Position numbers and translations under genes: made by a program. Under the pieces are notes generated by a model, which did not search any database, was not told the DNA's origin, and saw nothing but the letters and a program-made list of their open reading frames with translations. From positions 92,306,652-92,361,246 of the forward strand of contig NC_068983.1 in the NCBI RefSeq assembly GCF_001194135.2: DNA of 54,595 nt, read 5' to 3'. Of the stretch, positions 50,790-54,595 are shown piece by piece (positions within the stretch are counted from its first letter, which is position 1; the number at the start of each line of letters is the position of its first letter). This DNA is from Octopus bimaculoides (taxonomy: Eukaryota).

Positions 50790-52960
50790 TAATTTCAGGG
50801 TCGCAAACATCAATGTTGGTACAATGAAGAGAAGGATTTGTTGAGATTGTTGAAATGATGGAGCATTGTCATATCAATGTGTGTGGTGTGCAAGAAGTGA
50901 AATGGAAAGGGGCCTCTGCTAGATGCCTCACAGGTAAGAAACAGAGGTTTTAATTCTCCTGTGTAGGCAGGAGTGATGGAATGGGTGATGTAGGTATACA
51001 CTTAGCAGAAAAGTGGGTAGATAAGGCAATTGAGGTAGTCAGAGTGTGTGATAGGGTTATTAAGTTGAGACTTATCATAAATAGATTAACAATTACATTT
51101 ATCTCTGGCTGGGTTGGTTGATGATCTGAAGGACCAATTCTACAAGGTCTTTTGCAGACAACCTCGGTGACAAATGACAAAGACTTCATTATTGTGGCCA
51201 ACAACTTTAATGGACATGTTGGGTAGCATTCCCATGGATTCCCTGGTGTGCATGGTAGTTGTGGCTTTGGCACCAGGAATGAGGAAGGTACAAGGCTACT
51301 TGAGTTCTGTGATGCAAACAATCTTATGATTTGCAACACTAACTTTAGAAAGCCAGCTAGCCACCTAATTACTTATCAGTCTGGTGAGAATATAAGCCAG
51401 GTACATTACCTCCTCACCAGGTAAGGAGACAAGCAGATGCCCACAACTGCGAAGTCCTTCCCAGGTGAAGAGTATATACCCCAACATAGGCTACTAGTTA
51501 GTGATTTTAGAATTAGGGCTAGAAAGACTTCAAAGACATAAACCATGCTAGAAAAGGAGACTATGGAAGCTTAAAGACCCAGCAAACCAACAAAAATTTA
51601 GAGACATTCTACTGGAGGCCTCTGATAATAGAGAGGAGGGGGAGGAGGAGGAGGAAAGAACATATAGCTTAGAAGACAACTGGAAGTTCCTGTGGGACAA
51701 TTTACTGTTGACCAAATCTGTGGTTGGTGCAAAGTCCCAGCCAGGCTAAGAGTGACTTGGTAGTAGAACAAGGAGGTGGACAATGCTATAAAAGCAAAGA
51801 CAGGCCAGGGAAGACTGGAAAAATGGTGGAAGCAAAGCATTATATGAGGGAGCTAAAAGGAAGACTACGCAATAGGTTTACATAGCAAAAGGAATAGCAG
51901 AAGGTAAAAAGTTTGCCAGTATTATGCAGCATGAGGATCAGAGGCATGAGGTGTTCATGATTGCAAAGCAGTGTATTAGAGAGAGAATAGAGATGTAGTA
52001 GGTGAGAAATGTGTGTGAATTAATGATGGTATGCTTGCATTTAGTGACTCAGAGAAGAAAGATATGTGGAGATGCCATTATGAAAAGTTGTTAAATGTAT
52101 AGAATGATTGGAAGAAGGAGAGTCTTTCAAATATTGAGCCAATTGATGGACCAGCCATCAGAGTGGATAGCAGTATAATAGATTGGGCAATTAAGAAAAT
52201 GAAGACTAGGAAAGCACCTTGACCATTGGGTATGACTGCCTAGATGATTAAAATATCAGGTAGTGTGGGATACAGCCTAGTCACTAACATAGTGAATCAG
52301 GAAGGTGTCATCCTCAGAGACTGGTGTAGCAGTATTATAGTCAGCCGCTACAGGGGTAGAGGTTATATTTTAGATAGAAACAACTACAGAGGTATCAAAC
52401 TGTTGGATCAGATCATGAAAATACCAGAGAAGTTATATCTCAACTAATTATGGATAGAATTAAACTAGATGAGATGCAATTTGGTTTCGTTCCTGGGAGA
52501 AGTACTACAGATACTATCTTCATAGTGAGACGGTTGCAAGTAAAGTATTTGACCAAGAGTAAGCCATTTTACATAGCCTTCATCGACCTGGAGAAAGCTT
52601 TCGATAGGGTTCCCCACTCTCTTATTTGGTTCTCTCTAAGGAAGCTAGTTATACAGGAGTAGCTTGTGAGAGCTGTTCAGCTGTCAGTAAGGTGAGTGTT
52701 GGCCTTAAATATAGTGATGAATTTAACATACAGGTTGGAGTACACCAGGGATCAGTTCTTAGTCCACTCTTATTCATCATAGTTCTCCAGGCCATAACAG
52801 ATGAATTCAAAACTGGATGAATTCAAAACTGATGATGATTTTGCTCTTATTGCAGAACCTGAAGCAGAATTGGCAAAGTTCCAGGTTTGGAAGCAAAACC
52901 TGGAATCAAAGGGACTTAAAGTTAACTTAGCTGAGACTAAAGTTGTTGTTAGCAAGAAAG
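50790..52960 (+). mobile_element. Decayed RTE LINE (APE plus RT), lacking its 3' third
   Basis: FRVANINVGTMK; NFNGHVG; LDEMQFGFVPGRSTTDTIFIVRRLQ..YIAFIDLEKAFDRVP (RT domains 2-3); VGVHQGSVLSPLLFIIVL (domain 4); KGLKVNLAETKV. Many stops; same broad family as 38758-41800. Confidence 0.9.
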
Positions 52961-53475
52961 GAATGATTTGAGATAGAGAAGAGAAACTGTGCACAGTGGA
53001 TGTTAACATTAAGCTGAAGATCAATGAAAAAGGGAACACACATGCTGAACTATTGAGAAATCTGCAGTTACTCTATCCAGATTACAAGTTCAGGTTTATA
53101 CCTGTAATTATTGGGGCCCTGATATATGTAACACAGTGCCTAAGTACCAATCTTGAGAAAGTATGCTTCTCAAAACAAGAAAAGAGAAAGCTAATTCAAA
53201 GACTATAGATCCAATCCATCACTGGAACTGTAAAAATCTGTGAAACTTTCCAGAAGTTTATCATTTAAATATATATGAACATGTCTAGATATGCAACTAT
53301 ATGCATGAGAATACATACATAAAACACACAAATCTGCACATACATACACACATACAAAAATACCCTGTTGTTGATGTTGAAATTCCAATGAATGAGCCTT
53401 GGATCTAGGTTAGAAACTGGTTCTTTCTCTATTAGCAAGAAATCTTGAAATAAACTGAATAATGAATACATACAA
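52961..53475 (+). mobile_element. 3' remnant of a restriction-like-endonuclease (R4/R2-group) retroelement
   Basis: DVNIKLKINEKGNTHAELLRNLQLLYPDYKFRFIPVIIGALIYV...KLIQRL*IQSITGTVKICETFQKFII* has the K..KY..L...IPVIIGALG pattern seen at 35900-36100, but is a different family. A 3' UTR with (ACAT)-rich tracts follows. Confidence 0.7.
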
Positions 53476-54202
53476 AGTGTACTGTTCCATGATGGTAAGA
53501 TCTACAAAAAAAAAGTACTCCATCTGGTAAGAGATAAATATTATTTAATAAACACAATATGTGTTTTATATGCTACTATAAGTTTCATATATTGAGAATA
53601 TGCCAAATATTGTTTTATAACATGTTTGCTGTTGCAGCACAATAATCAGAAACTGAACTAGAAATAGGATTAGAGAAAAAGTGAGAAAAGGCAAAAAGAA
53701 AGTATATATATAAAGAACAGAAGATTGAAAAACAGGAAAACGAAGAAGTAATCAGAAAGAAATAGTCTGTAAATTATAAGGCTGAAAGACAGTGGATTAG
53801 AGCTTATGTTACAGTTATTTAATGTTACAGTATTTAATCCAATTTTTCAACGGGAAATTAAACTGAAAATAGCCAACACTCCATATAATAAACACTTATA
53901 AAGAATATTTACTACTTAAATCAAGTCCAAAGTCCAAAAATAAACCAGAAATAATACTACCACTTCCACAAAAATAACAACTTCCTTTTTAAGAGTACAT
54001 ATGTTTGAAAAGTTTAAATGCAAGTGCTCCTACACTAGAAAAAAACTTCTTCCTCAAAAAAGGTTAATAACATCTTGATAAAAGATTTCATAACATTTCT
54101 TTAAAAAATAATGTTTCAAAAAATCACTTTTACACTTCAAAACTGTATTAAGTAATTCTCATAGACTTTCTAACACATACACACACACACACACACACAT
54201 GC

Positions 54203-54518
54203 TTATTCTTTTACTTGGCTCATGCTGGGGCACTGCCTTTCACAACTTTAGTCTAACAGATCAACCCCAGTATTTATTTTGTTTTTTATTCATAGTACTC
54301 TTTTGCCAAACTGCTAAATTTCAGGGACATAAAGACACCAACACCAGTTGGGGACACACATGCTACAAGCTTCTTTCAGTTACCGTCTAGCAAATCAACT
54401 CGCATAACTTTGGTTAGCTTGAGGCTATAGTAGAGGGCAGTTGCCCAAGGTGCCACTCTCTAGCATTGAACCCAGAACAGTGTGGTTGGGAAACAAACTT
54501 CTTTCCGTATAGCCACAT
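54203..54518 (-). mobile_element. SINE family 1, diverged, antisense
   Basis: Reverse complement of head (gcccaaggtgccact...attgaacccagaac...tggttgggaaacaaactt) and 3' end (ttcttttacttg). Confidence 0.8.
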
Positions 54519-54551
54519 CTTTGCTTATATATGTGTTTGTGTATATATATA

Positions 54552-54595
<44 letters not shown>

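Noticed and set aside
1-54595. CRISPR arrays, rRNA genes, operons or prokaryotic defence systems
   Set aside because: None seen. The repeats are eukaryotic TEs and microsatellites without regular repeat-spacer structure.

Overview
This is AT-rich, microsatellite-dense animal genomic DNA with many N gaps. The SINE and LINE families look like those of octopus/coleoid cephalopods (inference, not database-checked). The only host gene I can support is an internal piece of a Scribble-like (LAP-family) PDZ scaffold gene on the + strand. Three phase-0 coding exons (5649-5741, 18792-18872, 20350-21147) splice into one complete PDZ domain, a long Ser/Thr/Pro-rich linker and the 'YPVE' that precedes PDZ3 in Scribble. 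The gene start and end are outside the window, and I found no further exon in the last 33 kb. The rest is probably intron filled with dead mobile elements: a piggyBac, three Tc1/mariner derivatives, Helitron ends, several RTE LINEs, two restriction-like-endonuclease (R4/Dong-like) retroelement remnants, Penelope-like remnants, a CR1-like 3' end and three SINE families. Most ORF-track entries are microsatellite, gap or antisense noise. I did not find convincing evidence of a wholly new biological system. The best leads are (1) a decayed intronic copy of part of the PDZ2 exon, (2) a PHD finger inside an RTE ORF2, (3) Penelope remnants with inverted terminal repeats and hammerhead-ribozyme-like cores, and (4) several long or perfect inverted repeats in the pre-mRNA. 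Repeat boundaries and identities were estimated by eye.
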